Part shown: positions 1 through 9,687 of the stretch, piece by piece | Layout of the letters: each line of letters begins with the position of its first letter | How positions within the stretch are numbered: the first letter of the stretch is position 1 | DNA from: Lysobacterales bacterium | GTDB lineage: Bacteria > Pseudomonadota > Gammaproteobacteria > Xanthomonadales > SZUA-5 | Direction: 5' to 3' | Assembly (NCBI GenBank): GCA_046346965.1 | Contig: JAXMHB010000003.1 | Span: 228,778 to 292,777, forward strand | DNA length: 64,000 nucleotides | Notes under the pieces: model-generated | Database searches by the model: none | Told to the model about the DNA's origin: nothing | What the model saw: only the letters and a program-made list of their open reading frames with translations | Made by a program: the position numbers and the translations under genes

Positions 1-168
1 CCGCCAGACCCAACAAAGCGACTGCATGAAGCAGCTGTAGAAGGCACCGTCGCATATCGCTACTCCGCTCTGCATGCTGCGCAGCATCGCGCGCCCAGGC
101 TGATCGCTTCCTGAGCGCGCAATTCCGGCCGATAGAGACGCTCTTGCCAATCATTGTGCTTGGGCAAA

Positions 169-285
169 AGCGGGGCGGGGGTTAGGGGGCGGGGGACCGG
201 CATTGCGGCGCCCGCGTTGCGCTGTCGCCAACTTGCAGAACAAGTAAGCACGCCGAAGGCGAGACAGGGACTCTGAAAAGTCTCG
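169..285 (+). repeat. Dispersed intergenic repeat element, copy 1 of 3 (about 115 bp). Its 5' end is G4C-G5-TTA-G5C-G5 (180-203), a canonical G-quadruplex motif
   Basis: Near-identical to 8306-8431 and partially to 20678-20720. All three are on the + strand. It produces the same spurious peptide (MPVPRPLTPAPLL) in three antisense ORFs of the track. Confidence 0.75.
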
Positions 286-418
286 ACTCTGCTGCGCGTA
301 CTCGGGCGGCAAACAGGTCCCCGCGACCGCGCGACGGCAGCGGGGCAGTGCTGGTCCCCTGCCCCTCACCCTCGCACCGCTTTCGCGCCCACGCGCTCAT
401 CTTGGGCAGGAGGCACCC

Positions 419-571
419 TAGCGCTTCTTGCTGCCGCGCTTGCGCTTGGCCTCGGGTTTCGGGGCGTCAGCGGCCTTGGGCGGCTGGTCGCCGATGATCG
501 ACTTGGCCGGGCACACGCTGAAGATCGGGCATTTGCGGCAGCCTACGGCCAGGGCGACAGGGCATAGGGTC
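419..571 (-). CDS. Small cysteine-rich basic protein, 51 aa: MTLCPVALAVGCRKCPIFSVCPAKSIIGDQPPKAADAPKPEAKRKRGSKKR. The Cys pattern is C-x7-C-x2-C-x5-C, followed by a Lys/Pro/Ala-rich tail
   Basis: Not in the ORF track (under 60 aa). ATG at 571 with GGAG about 9 nt upstream. About 90% G/C at codon position 3 in this frame. Lies immediately downstream of, and co-oriented with, the ligase/epimerase pair. Confidence 0.5.
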
Positions 572-606
572 ATGGGGATGCTCCGACGGGTGGTGGACGC
601 TGAAGC

Positions 607-1599
607 TTAGTCCGATTTACCCGAGTGTGCCGCCAGACGACGAAAGCCCTCGTCCATGCTGACCCTGGGCGCGTAGCCGAAATCGCGCCGCGCGGCGCTG
701 ATGTCGTACCAGTGCGCGGTAGCCAGATGATCGGCGACAAAGCGCGTCATCAGCGGCTCGCCGGGTAGCGGCAGCACGGTCCATGCCGCCTCCATCAGCG
801 CACCGACGGCGTAGGCCAGCGCAAACGGAGTGCGCGCTTGCACCGGCGGCAACCCGGCACACGCCAGCATGCGATTGATCATGTCCTCGGTGGTCAGCGG
901 CTCGCCGTTGGAGATGAAGTAGGCGCGACCCGCCTGCGGCGCGCCGGGCGCCAGCGTCGCCGCCGCCAGCAGATGGGCGTCGACGGCGTTGTCGATGTAG
1001 GTGGTGTCGATGCGCTTGCCAGGTTTGCCGATAAAGCGCAGGCGACCGGCGCGGGCGCGCTCGACGATGCGCGGGTACAAATGGTTGTCGCCCGGCCCCC
1101 AGATCAGGTGCGGGCGCAGCGCCACGGTGGCCAGCGTCGGGCCGTTGGCCGCCAGCACCAGCTGCTCGGCGATCGCCTTGGTGGCCGGATAGTGCGCGAG
1201 AAAGCGCGTGGCATAGGGCACGCGCTCATCGACGCCTTCGAGATCGCCGCCGCTGTGCACCACGCTGGGCGTAGAGGTGTAGACCAGCCGTCCGATGCCA
1301 TGCTGCCGGCAGGCAGCCAGCACGTGCGCAGTGCCGTCCACATTGGCGCGCCGGTACTCGGCCAGCGTGCCCCAGTGCCCGGCTTTGGCCGCGACGTGGA
1401 AGACCACATCACAGCCGGCGGCGGCGGCCGATACCGCATTCGCATCACCGAGATCCCCCCGACAAACCACCGCCCCGAGTGCGCGCAGCGCCGGCGCGTC
1501 GCCGCGCTGCAGCGCCACCACGGCATGCCCCTGCGCCAGCAGCGCACGGGCGATCGCGCCGCCCAGAAAGCCCCCTGCACCGGTCACCAGCGCGCGCAT
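607..1599 (-). CDS. NAD-dependent epimerase/dehydratase of the 3-beta-hydroxysteroid dehydrogenase family (OleD-like reductase)
   Basis: Rossmann motif VTGAGGFLG and YxxxK (YPATK). The likely start is MRALVTG, whose ATG overlaps the upstream stop (TGATG coupling). The longer MGEHAG start would overlap by 37 nt. Confidence 0.85.
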   Translation of the reverse strand: MRALVTGAGGFLGGAIARALLAQGHAVVALQRGDAPALRALGAVVCRGDLGDANAVSAAAAGCDVVFHVAAKAGHWGTLAEYRRANVDGTAHVLAACRQHGIGRLVYTSTPSVVHSGGDLEGVDERVPYATRFLAHYPATKAIAEQLVLAANGPTLATVALRPHLIWGPGDNHLYPRIVERARAGRLRFIGKPGKRIDTTYIDNAVDAHLLAAATLAPGAPQAGRAYFISNGEPLTTEDMINRMLACAGLPPVQARTPFALAYAVGALMEAAWTVLPLPGEPLMTRFVADHLATAHWYDISAARRDFGYAPRVSMDEGFRRLAAHSGKSD

Positions 1600-3281
1600 C
1601 AGTGGACGGCTCCCGGTACCCGCGTGCTCGCCCATTGCTTCAAATACTCGCGCCCGATCTTGGCGTTGTGGCGGATGTCGACCGGGAAGCGCGGGTAATA
1701 CAGCACATGCCGCAGGGCGCGGGTGTGTTCGTGGCGCTTGGCCATCACCAGCAGTTCCTCGCGGATACGTGCCTGCTGATCGCGGCCCACATCGGGCTCC
1801 AGCTCGACGATCAGCACCGGCTCTTCCTGCCCCTGCGGCCCGACGCCGACCAAGGCGGTGCGGAACACCTGCGGATGGGTGTTAAAGATCGGCTCGACCT
1901 GTTCGGTGCAGAGCGTGCCCTGGGCACTCTCGACCCGCTGCGAGCGCCGACCGCACATCCACAGCCGGCCGGCGTCGTCGAAGTAGCCGAGATCGCCCAT
2001 CCGGTGCACGATGCGCTCGCCCTCGCGGATCTTGCCCAGCGCATCGGCATCCGGGCGATTGAAGTAGCGCTCGGTCGCGGTGGGTCCGACTACCGTGATC
2101 TCGCCGACGCTGCCAGTCGGCAGCTCCAGCTCCGCGCGCCAGTCGGGGATCGGCGCGTCGCTGATGCCGATGATGCGCACCCGATTGGGCGACACCACGC
2201 GGCCGACCAGCGTGCCGGCGCCGTGCTCGGTGCGCGTGCGCGCGTACTCGGTCAGCTCGCGGCCCTCGACCACCGCCACCGGCAGGCACTCGGTGGCGCC
2301 GTAGGGCGTCCACAGCTGAGCGTCCTCCGGCAGCAGCTTGCGCATGCGCTCGACCACGGCCACCGGCACCGGCGCACCGGCGGAAATGACGCGGCGCAAG
2401 GTCGGCAGCTTGACGCCACGCGGCGCGCCCCAGCGCGACAGCGCATTGACCAGCGCCGGCGAGGCAAACAGGTTGGTGACGCCAAAGTCGTGGATGGTCT
2501 GGATCAACTTGCCGGGATCGGCCATCGCCGGACGGGTCGGATCCATCTCCGGGATCACCGTGGTCATCCCGAGCGCCGGATCGAACAGCGCAAACGGCGG
2601 GAAAGTCGGCAGATCGATCTCGCCGGGGCGAATGTCGAAGGCCTGGCGCAGCAAGTCCACCTGCGCCAGAAAATGCCGGTGCTGGTAGACCACGCCCTTG
2701 GGCACGCCGGTGGAGCCGGAGGTAAACAGGATCGCGGCCGCATCGTCCTCGCGGGTGTCGGCCAGCACTGCCTTGCAGCGACGACGCGCGTCACTGCCCT
2801 CGCGGCCGATCTTCAAGAGCTCGGCGTAACTGTGGCCGCCCCAGGCAAAGCGCGGACCGACGGTCACCAGGGTGCGCAGCGTGCGCCGTCCCCAGCCGAG
2901 CGCGATGCGCGCCGCGTGCGCCAGCGGAATGCCGATGAAGGCTTGCGGCTCGGCCTCGGCCAGACACTGCTTGAGCGCCGACTTGGCGATGCCGGGGTCG
3001 ATCAGCACCGGCACCGCGCCGGCCTTGAACAGCGCAAACATGAGTACGAACAGTTCGACACTGGGACGCACCATCAGCACCGTGCGCACGCCGCGGCCGA
3101 TGCCGATGCGGTCGAGTCCGCAGGCGATCGCGTCGGACTCCTCGTCCAGTTGCGCGTAAGTCAGATGCGTGTGTGCCGGGCGCCCGGCCAGATCGCTGCC
3201 GCAGGGTACGAAGATCGCGATCTGATGCGGTCGCTCGCGTGCCATCCGCGTCAGCGCAGAGGCGATATTGACGCTGTCCAT
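1599..3281 (-). CDS. AMP-dependent synthetase/ligase (acyl-CoA synthetase or fatty-acyl-AMP ligase, OleC-like)
   Basis: Adenylate-forming superfamily motifs (FTSGSTGVPKGV, TPYGATE, GDLGYFD). Start chosen at MDSVNIASALTR. The track ORF extends further upstream. Confidence 0.85.
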   Translation of the reverse strand: MDSVNIASALTRMARERPHQIAIFVPCGSDLAGRPAHTHLTYAQLDEESDAIACGLDRIGIGRGVRTVLMVRPSVELFVLMFALFKAGAVPVLIDPGIAKSALKQCLAEAEPQAFIGIPLAHAARIALGWGRRTLRTLVTVGPRFAWGGHSYAELLKIGREGSDARRRCKAVLADTREDDAAAILFTSGSTGVPKGVVYQHRHFLAQVDLLRQAFDIRPGEIDLPTFPPFALFDPALGMTTVIPEMDPTRPAMADPGKLIQTIHDFGVTNLFASPALVNALSRWGAPRGVKLPTLRRVISAGAPVPVAVVERMRKLLPEDAQLWTPYGATECLPVAVVEGRELTEYARTRTEHGAGTLVGRVVSPNRVRIIGISDAPIPDWRAELELPTGSVGEITVVGPTATERYFNRPDADALGKIREGERIVHRMGDLGYFDDAGRLWMCGRRSQRVESAQGTLCTEQVEPIFNTHPQVFRTALVGVGPQGQEEPVLIVELEPDVGRDQQARIREELLVMAKRHEHTRALRHVLYYPRFPVDIRHNAKIGREYLKQWASTRVPGAVH

Positions 3282-3410
3282 GGGCGGGCGGCAGACAAAG
3301 GGGGCGCAAGCCTGCCGCGTCCGCCGTGTGGGGTCAATCGGCGGCGCGCTGCTCACCTTTGGCGCCAGCGCCCGCGCTAGACTGCCGCGCGTCCGTCCGC
3401 AGGAGCAGCG

Positions 3411-4885
3411 TGGTGAATCGACTTGCAGCAGCATTGGCCCTGATTTTGAGCGCGGCGCAAGCCGATGCCGGCGCGCTCGTGACGCCAGCGGTGAACGCCG
3501 AGATCCACGCCAAAGGCAAAGCCAGCGTGCTGCTGGTGCTGCGCGATGCGCTTCAGGTCGATATGGCCGTGGCGCGCCGTCAGGGCGACGACAAGCTGAG
3601 CACTGCGGTGACGCTGCTGCAGCAGCATGCCGAGCGCACGCAGGCGCCGCTGCGCGCCTGGCTGGACGCCCGCGGTATCCACTACCGCGCCTTCTGGGTG
3701 GCCAACTTCATCTCCATTGACGCCGATGCCGACACCTTGAGCGCGCTGGCGGCACGCGATGACCTCGCCGCGATCGAACTCGACGCCAAACTCGGCCTGC
3801 CCCCGGTGGCCGAGGAATATCCCGGGCCAGTGCGCGCGATCACCGCCATCGAGCCCGGCGTCAGCCAGGTCAACGCACCAGCGGTGTGGGCGATGGGCTT
3901 TCGCGGACAGAACGTGCTGGTCGCCGGCCAGGACACCGGCTACCAATGGGATCACCCGGCGCTGAAGGCCAAATACGCCGGCTGGGATGGCAGCAGCGCC
4001 AATCACAACTACCGCTGGCACGATGCCATCGGCCCCGGTGGCAGCGGCGGCAGCTGCGGCGTGTCCGCGCAAGCTCCCTGCGACGACAACTCGCACGGCA
4101 CCCACACCATGGGCACCATCGTCGGCGACGACGGCGGCAGCAATCAGATCGGCGTGGCGCCCGGCGCGCGCTGGATCGGCTGTCGCAACATGGACCAGGG
4201 CAACGGCACACCGACCACCTACAGCGACTGCTTCCAGTGGCTGATGGCGCCGACCGATCTCACCGGCCAGAACCCGAATCCGGCAATGGCGCCGCACATC
4301 ATCAACAACTCCTGGGGCTGCCCGAGCAGCGAGGGCTGCACCACGCCGAACATTCTGCAGACGGTGGTCGAGAACGTGCGCGCCAGCGGCATTCTGGTGG
4401 TGGTCTCGGCCGGCAACTCGGGCTCCGGCTGTTCCACCATCGCCGAGCCGCCGGCGATCTACGCCGCCAGCTTCACCGTCGGCGCCGTCAGCGGCACCAG
4501 CATGGCCAGCTTCAGCAGCCGTGGGCCGGTGACGGTGGATGGCAGCAACCGCATGAAGCCCGATATCGTCGCCCCCGGGGTCAATGTCCGCTCCTCCACG
4601 CCGGGAAACAGCTATCTCGCGTTGAACGGCACCAGCATGGCCGGCCCGCATGTGGCCGGCGTGGCCGCGCTGCTGATGTCGGCCGATCCCACGCTGCGCC
4701 GCGACCCGGCGCGCATCGAGGCGCTGATGCGCAATACCGCCGTACTCGACACCGTCAGCAGTCAGCTGTGCGGCGGCGTGCCGACCACCACCATCCCGAA
4801 CCCGGTATTCGGCTACGGCCGCGTCGATGCGCTGTCGGCCGTCCGCAACGGCTTGGGCATGTTCGGCATCAACGGCTTCGAATGA
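3411..4885 (+). CDS. Secreted subtilisin-like serine protease (peptidase S8)
   Basis: Signal peptide NRLAAALALILSAAQA after AGGAG+GTG. Catalytic triad motifs DTGY (Asp), HGTHTMGT (His) and GTSMAGPHVAG (Ser). Confidence 0.9.
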
Positions 4886-5040
4886 CGCGATTCATGTGAC
4901 TGAATTTTGGCCCAACGCGCGACGCGCCCCCAACCAATGGCCCACGTGACGTTCATCCGCAACCCGGATGCTAGGCCTCACCGATTGGCGGGCTGCGCGC
5001 CCGCAACGGTACTCCCCAAGCACAAAAGTGAGTACGACTC

Positions 5041-5601
5041 ATGCGAATGAACAAATTGTGGTCCCTGACGCTGGCGACCGCGATGCTGCTGCCGATGGAT
5101 GCGATGGCCGACACCGGCCTGTACATCGACGGCGCCGCAGGTCAAACCTCGGTGGATGATGAGGGCATCAACGACAACGACACCGCCTTCCGCGCGGGCG
5201 TCGGTTATCGCTTCCTGGAGAACTTCGGCGCCGAGCTCGGTTATCTGGACCTCGGCAAGGTCGAGGAATCGCTGGGCGGCGGCAACTCGATCTCGGTGTC
5301 CTCGGACGGTTTCTATGCCGGCGTCGCTGGCAAGATTCCGCTGTATGACGCCAGCACCGGTTTCTACGTCGGCGCCCGCGCCGGCCTGTATTTCTGGGAC
5401 GCCACCGGCCGTCTGCGTCAGGGCACGACCACCGTGCGCCTGGACGACAGCGACAATGACTTCTACGTCGGCGTCAGCGGCGGCTATGACTTCAACGAGC
5501 AGTTCGGTCTGGGCCTGGCCTATGACCGCTACAAGCTCGGTGATGGCGATGCCGACCTGAGCTACAGCACGATCTCGCTGACCGGCGAAGTGCGCTTCTG
5601 A
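5041..5601 (+). CDS. Outer-membrane beta-barrel protein (OmpA-like barrel or OmpW/porin family)
   Basis: Signal peptide followed by alternating aromatic/Gly-rich beta strands. C-terminal residue is aromatic (F). Confidence 0.8.
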   Translation: MRMNKLWSLTLATAMLLPMDAMADTGLYIDGAAGQTSVDDEGINDNDTAFRAGVGYRFLENFGAELGYLDLGKVEESLGGGNSISVSSDGFYAGVAGKIPLYDASTGFYVGARAGLYFWDATGRLRQGTTTVRLDDSDNDFYVGVSGGYDFNEQFGLGLAYDRYKLGDGDADLSYSTISLTGEVRF

Positions 5602-5608
5602 GGTACCC

Positions 5609-5635
5609 GCGGGGCCGGCCACGCGCCGGCCCCGC
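5609..5635. terminator. Perfect 11-bp-stem hairpin GCGGGGCCGGC-cacgc-GCCGGCCCCGC between convergent genes
   Basis: Inverted repeat read directly in the sequence, located between the two convergent stop codons. Confidence 0.6.
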
Positions 5636-5640
5636 TCTAT

Positions 5641-6090
5641 TCAGTCTTCGTAACGCAAGGCCGCGACCACCCACTGGCGCGTGCCGTCGCTGCCCGCCTC
5701 CGCCCACAGCGGCACCATCTCCACCGACAGCGTGTGCATCTCGCGCGGGCCGGAGAACCAAACCACCGACATCTCGGCCCGATCACCGTTGTCATAGCCC
5801 TGAAAGCGCCCGGCGCCGGCCCAGCTCTGCAGCAAGGCGGGCCAGTCACTGATCGTCGCCGGATCCAGCCGATACTGGCTGAACTCAAGCCCGGCCGGAT
5901 CGACACCCGATCGCAGCGCGCGCAACAGCGCGTCGAGCACCGGCAGGAACTCGCCGCCGTCCTCGGCGATGCGCACATGCATGTCTTCGACCAGCATCGG
6001 GCCGCGCGCCACGTTGCTGGCCCGCTCGCCGGCTGCTGCCGGCAGCGCCGCGAGCAGCAGCCACAGTTGCATGGCGGTTTTCAGCGTCAT
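5641..6090 (-). CDS. Hypothetical secreted protein
   Basis: Signal-peptide-like N-terminus MTLKTAMQLWLLLAALPAAAG. No recognisable domain. Confidence 0.5.
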   Translation of the reverse strand: MTLKTAMQLWLLLAALPAAAGERASNVARGPMLVEDMHVRIAEDGGEFLPVLDALLRALRSGVDPAGLEFSQYRLDPATISDWPALLQSWAGAGRFQGYDNGDRAEMSVVWFSGPREMHTLSVEMVPLWAEAGSDGTRQWVVAALRYED

Positions 6091-6162
6091 CGTCGCTTGC
6101 CTGCGGAACCCGAGGACCGAGGCCAGCATGCGCCGGCCTCGGGCCTGGGAACAACTCCGCCG

Positions 6163-8226
6163 TCAGGGCGCGCTGGGATGCGCGCTGGGATAGGGCGACA
6201 ACAACTGCGCTTCCTGCCGCGCCAACTCCTCGCGCAACTCACGGGCAATCGCGGGTATATCCACACCGCGCAGCGCCTGTGGCACCGGATGGATAACGGT
6301 CGGGAAGGTCTCGTTGTACACCAGCAGATTGGTGTACTCCGTGGGATCGACGCGCAGATTGTAGAGCTCCCACTGATCCGGCACCGGCCGTTCGCTCCAG
6401 GGATCGCAGTAGCGCACCAGCTTCCAGTCGCCGGATCGCAAGGCGCGAACGTGGGCCGGCTGCGGCACCGGGCCGGGCGCCAGTTCAGGCACATAGGGAT
6501 GCGGCGATTCCGGCGTCGGTGGCGTGCGCAGCAGATCCACCGTGGCGCGGAACACCTCGTACTGCTGCCAGGACTGCGTGTTGTGCGGATCGTCGTCGCG
6601 CGGCAGCGGCTCGGTGATCAGGTCGTCGGTGGCAAACAGCACGCCCTTGCGCGGCAGACCGTCGGGCCCGTACACCGGCCCGGCGCCGGCGCGGATGACC
6701 GGCACCAGATTGGCGCCCGGCAGCGGCGCCGCCGGATGCGTCATCGACAGGCGGCGGCGAGCACGCTCGATCCGGTCCGGGCGCGCGTGCGCCAGTCCGA
6801 GCAGCGTCGGCAGGATGTCGATATGGCTGCTCTGCGCGCTGTTCACGCGTGGCCGGTCTTTGTCCGGGTTGTAGGCGGGCGAACTGATCAACAGCGGCAC
6901 GTGCACCACTTCCTGATAGGCGCCATGCCATTTTTCGATCTGCATGCCGTGCGCGGCGCCATACTCGCCATGATCCGAGGCAAACACGACCACGGTACTC
7001 TCGCGCAGGCCGGATTCCTCCAGCGCCTGCAGCACCCGCAGGATGTGCCGATCCACCATCGAAATCATGTAGGCGTAATACTGCAAAAAGCCCACGGCAC
7101 CGGCATCCGCCTCGCGCTGCAGTTGAAAGGGAATGGCCGACGCCAGCGTCGCCCGAATGGCGTTTTGCAGCACCGATTCAGGATCGCTGCCGGTGGCCTG
7201 ACCGACACTCAGGCCGGTTTTGGCCGACAGCCCCAGCGCCACTTTGTAGGAGGTGTCGAACTGGGCGCGCGGCTTGTTGTTGTCGAGCAGGCGCTCTTTC
7301 TGGGTGGGCGAGGCGCTTGCGCACTCCTGCGGCAAGCCATTCGGGTTCAGCGGCACCCGGAAGCTGCCCTCGGTCGGCAGCGCGCTGACGCTGCCCTGCG
7401 GCGGTATCGGCACCGATCCACCGGGACCCACGGGCGGAATGGCGACGTCGCTGTCAGGGAAGGTCGGCTTCAGCCCGCGCGGCAGCGCCGGGTAGGTGGC
7501 GATATCGTGCGGATTGGTGAACGAGCACACCGCGAAAAACGGCGGCGTGTGCGGCTTCTGGCTGACGCCGGGCGCCACGATGTTGCGCTGCGCCAGCGCC
7601 CGGTTGTACGGCACGCCCAGCCCGCGACAACGCAAGAAGGTGACGGCCAGATCGGCGAATTGATAGTCGCGGAAGGTGCCCAGATTGTTCAGGGACGACC
7701 CATGCGGCTCGGGCCAGGACAGCTCCCAGTCGCCAAAGCCGAAACCTTCCAGCGTGTGCTCGGGCGGATCGCTGACGTGCCACTTGCCAAAGTAGTGCGT
7801 GCTGTAGCCCAACTCGCGGAAGTAATCGCCGGCGGTCGGCGCGCCATCGGCCCGCAGCCACGGGAAGTTCTGCGCATCCCCGCTCTTGAACAAGCCATCG
7901 GTCTGGGTGACCCCGGTGCGCGGACCGTATTGACCGGTCATGATGCTGGCGCGCGAGGGAATGCAGGCCGACTCGGCGATCGTATGGTCGGTGAACACCA
8001 CCGCGTACTCGCGCAGCTTGACCAGACCCGGGAAATACTGTGCGTATGAATTGCCTTCCAGATTGCCGACGAAGGACAGGATCTGCTTCAGCTCATTGAC
8101 AAAGCCAGCGTCCCCATAGCCAGCATTCGGGTAGTACAACTGATCCACCAGGATCATCAAGATATTGGGGCGAATCAGATGGTCATCATCATCATCGCTT
8201 GCGTTGCTGCCGCCATTTTGCTGCAT
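6163..8226 (-). CDS. Sulfatase family protein, Cys-type (formylglycine-dependent)
   Basis: PNILMILVDQ N-terminus, signature C-x-P-x-R (ACIPSRASIMTGQYG), GKWH and DHGEYG motifs. Start chosen at MQQNGGSNASDDDDD. No obvious signal peptide. The longer track ORF runs into the repeat element. Confidence 0.8.
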   Translation of the reverse strand: MQQNGGSNASDDDDDHLIRPNILMILVDQLYYPNAGYGDAGFVNELKQILSFVGNLEGNSYAQYFPGLVKLREYAVVFTDHTIAESACIPSRASIMTGQYGPRTGVTQTDGLFKSGDAQNFPWLRADGAPTAGDYFRELGYSTHYFGKWHVSDPPEHTLEGFGFGDWELSWPEPHGSSLNNLGTFRDYQFADLAVTFLRCRGLGVPYNRALAQRNIVAPGVSQKPHTPPFFAVCSFTNPHDIATYPALPRGLKPTFPDSDVAIPPVGPGGSVPIPPQGSVSALPTEGSFRVPLNPNGLPQECASASPTQKERLLDNNKPRAQFDTSYKVALGLSAKTGLSVGQATGSDPESVLQNAIRATLASAIPFQLQREADAGAVGFLQYYAYMISMVDRHILRVLQALEESGLRESTVVVFASDHGEYGAAHGMQIEKWHGAYQEVVHVPLLISSPAYNPDKDRPRVNSAQSSHIDILPTLLGLAHARPDRIERARRRLSMTHPAAPLPGANLVPVIRAGAGPVYGPDGLPRKGVLFATDDLITEPLPRDDDPHNTQSWQQYEVFRATVDLLRTPPTPESPHPYVPELAPGPVPQPAHVRALRSGDWKLVRYCDPWSERPVPDQWELYNLRVDPTEYTNLLVYNETFPTVIHPVPQALRGVDIPAIARELREELARQEAQLLSPYPSAHPSAP

Positions 8227-8305
8227 ACAACCTCCGCTTGCATGAACAACGGTAAATCGCCACCGCCGCAGGCTAGCACGCTTTGAACGGCGCCCTGGAT
8301 GCAGA

Positions 8306-8431
8306 GGGGCAAAAGCGGGGCGGGGGTGAGGGGGCGGGGGACCGGCACTGCAGTGCATGCGTTGCACGGTCGCCGGCTTGCAGAACGAACGAGCGCGCCG
8401 AAGGCGAGGCAGGGACTCTGAACAAGGCTCG
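8306..8431 (+). repeat. Dispersed intergenic repeat element, copy 2 of 3. The G4 motif is at 8317-8340
   Basis: Aligns with 169-285 over about 115 bp. Sits in the divergent sulfatase/pgk promoter region. Confidence 0.75.
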
Positions 8432-8514
8432 TAAGCGGCCTTGCGAGTCGGAATCGTCTGCCGCCCAGCCCTGCTCTATCCTCCGCGCAGCCTTGTCTAT
8501 CTGCAGGAGTTGCC

Positions 8515-9687
8515 ATGAGCTTCAAGCGCATGTCCGATCTCGCGCTCGCCGGCCAGCGCGTGCTGATCCGTGAAGACCTGAACGTCCCGATCAAGGACGG
8601 CCACATCAGCAGCGTGCAGCGCCTGAGCGCCAGCCTGCCCACCCTGAAAGCCGCACGAGACGCCGGCGCGCGGGTGATGGTGATGTCGCATCTGGGGCGC
8701 CCCAAGGAAGGCGTGTATGACGCCGCCGCCTCGCTGGCGCCGGTGGCGGCGTGGCTGAGTAGCGCGCTCGGCCAGACGGTGCCGCTGGTGCGCGACTGGC
8801 TGGACGGCGTCGAGGTGCAGCCGGGCCAGGTGGTGCTGTGCGAGAACGTGCGCTTCAACGTCGGCGAGGAGAAGAACGACGAGGCGCTGTCGCGGCGCAT
8901 GGCCGCTTTGTGCGACGTTTTCGTGATGGACGCCTTCGGCACCGCGCACCGGGCGCAAGCCTCCACCCACGGCGTCGCCCGCTATGCGCCGATCGCCTGC
9001 GCCGGGCCGCTGCTGGCCGCGGAACTGGATGCGCTGGCCAAGGCGCTGGAACATCCCAAGCGTCCGCTGCTGGCGATCGTCGCCGGCTCCAAGGTGTCGA
9101 CCAAGCTCGAATTGCTGGGCAATCTGGTCGAGAAGGTCGATCAACTGATCGTCGGTGGCGGCATCGCCAACACCTTCATCGCCGCCGCCGGTCACGGCGT
9201 CGGCAAGTCGCTGCACGAGGCGGATCTGCTCGACGCCGCGCGCGCCATCGTGGCCAAGGCGCAGGCGCGCGGCGCCAGCATTCCGCTGCCGCTCGATGTG
9301 GTCACCGCGCCGGCCTTCGCCGCCGATGCAGCCGCCACCATCGAGGGCATCGGCTCGGTGTCCGCCGAGGAAATGATCCTGGACATCGGCCCGCAGACGG
9401 CCGCGCACTACGCCGAACTGATCGCCAAGGCCGGTACGGTGGTCTGGAACGGCCCGGTCGGCGTGTTCGAGTTCGATGCCTTTGGTCAGGGCACGCGAGC
9501 CATCGCCGAGGCCATCGCGAACTCCAGCGCCTTCTCGATTGCCGGCGGCGGCGACACGCTGGCAGCGATCGAAAAATACGGCGTGGAAGATCGGATCGGC
9601 TACATCTCCACCGGCGGCGGCGCGTTCCTGGAGTTCCTCGAAGGCAAGGAACTACCCGCCGTGGCCATCCTGAAGGCGCGCGCCTGA
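8515..9687 (+). CDS. pgk: Phosphoglycerate kinase
   Basis: Full-length PGK homology ([15 protein letters not shown], hinge motifs). Confidence 0.95.
   Translation: MSFKRMSDLALAGQRVLIREDLNVPIKDGHISSVQRLSASLPTLKAARDAGARVMVMSHLGRPKEGVYDAAASLAPVAAWLSSALGQTVPLVRDWLDGVEVQPGQVVLCENVRFNVGEEKNDEALSRRMAALCDVFVMDAFGTAHRAQASTHGVARYAPIACAGPLLAAELDALAKALEHPKRPLLAIVAGSKVSTKLELLGNLVEKVDQLIVGGGIANTFIAAAGHGVGKSLHEADLLDAARAIVAKAQARGASIPLPLDVVTAPAFAADAAATIEGIGSVSAEEMILDIGPQTAAHYAELIAKAGTVVWNGPVGVFEFDAFGQGTRAIAEAIANSSAFSIAGGGDTLAAIEKYGVEDRIGYISTGGGAFLEFLEGKELPAVAILKARA

Noticed and set aside
1599-3434. Complete oleABCD olefin biosynthesis cluster
   Set aside because: Only OleC-like and OleD-like genes are present. 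The upstream neighbour is a divergent subtilase, not oleA or oleB. Reported only as an OleC/OleD-like pair.
5734-8049. 771-aa plus-strand ORF, and similar long antisense ORFs at 1479-3380, 3377-4651, 35309-37057, 36954-39218, 19877-21775, 25424-27295 upstream part, and 53961-56153 upstream part
   Set aside because: Each is antisense to, or an over-extension of, a gene with clear homology (sulfatase, ligase, subtilase, ppx, ppk, CHAD/Grx, rluD, acuI). The translations are Arg/Ala/Gly-rich with no motifs.
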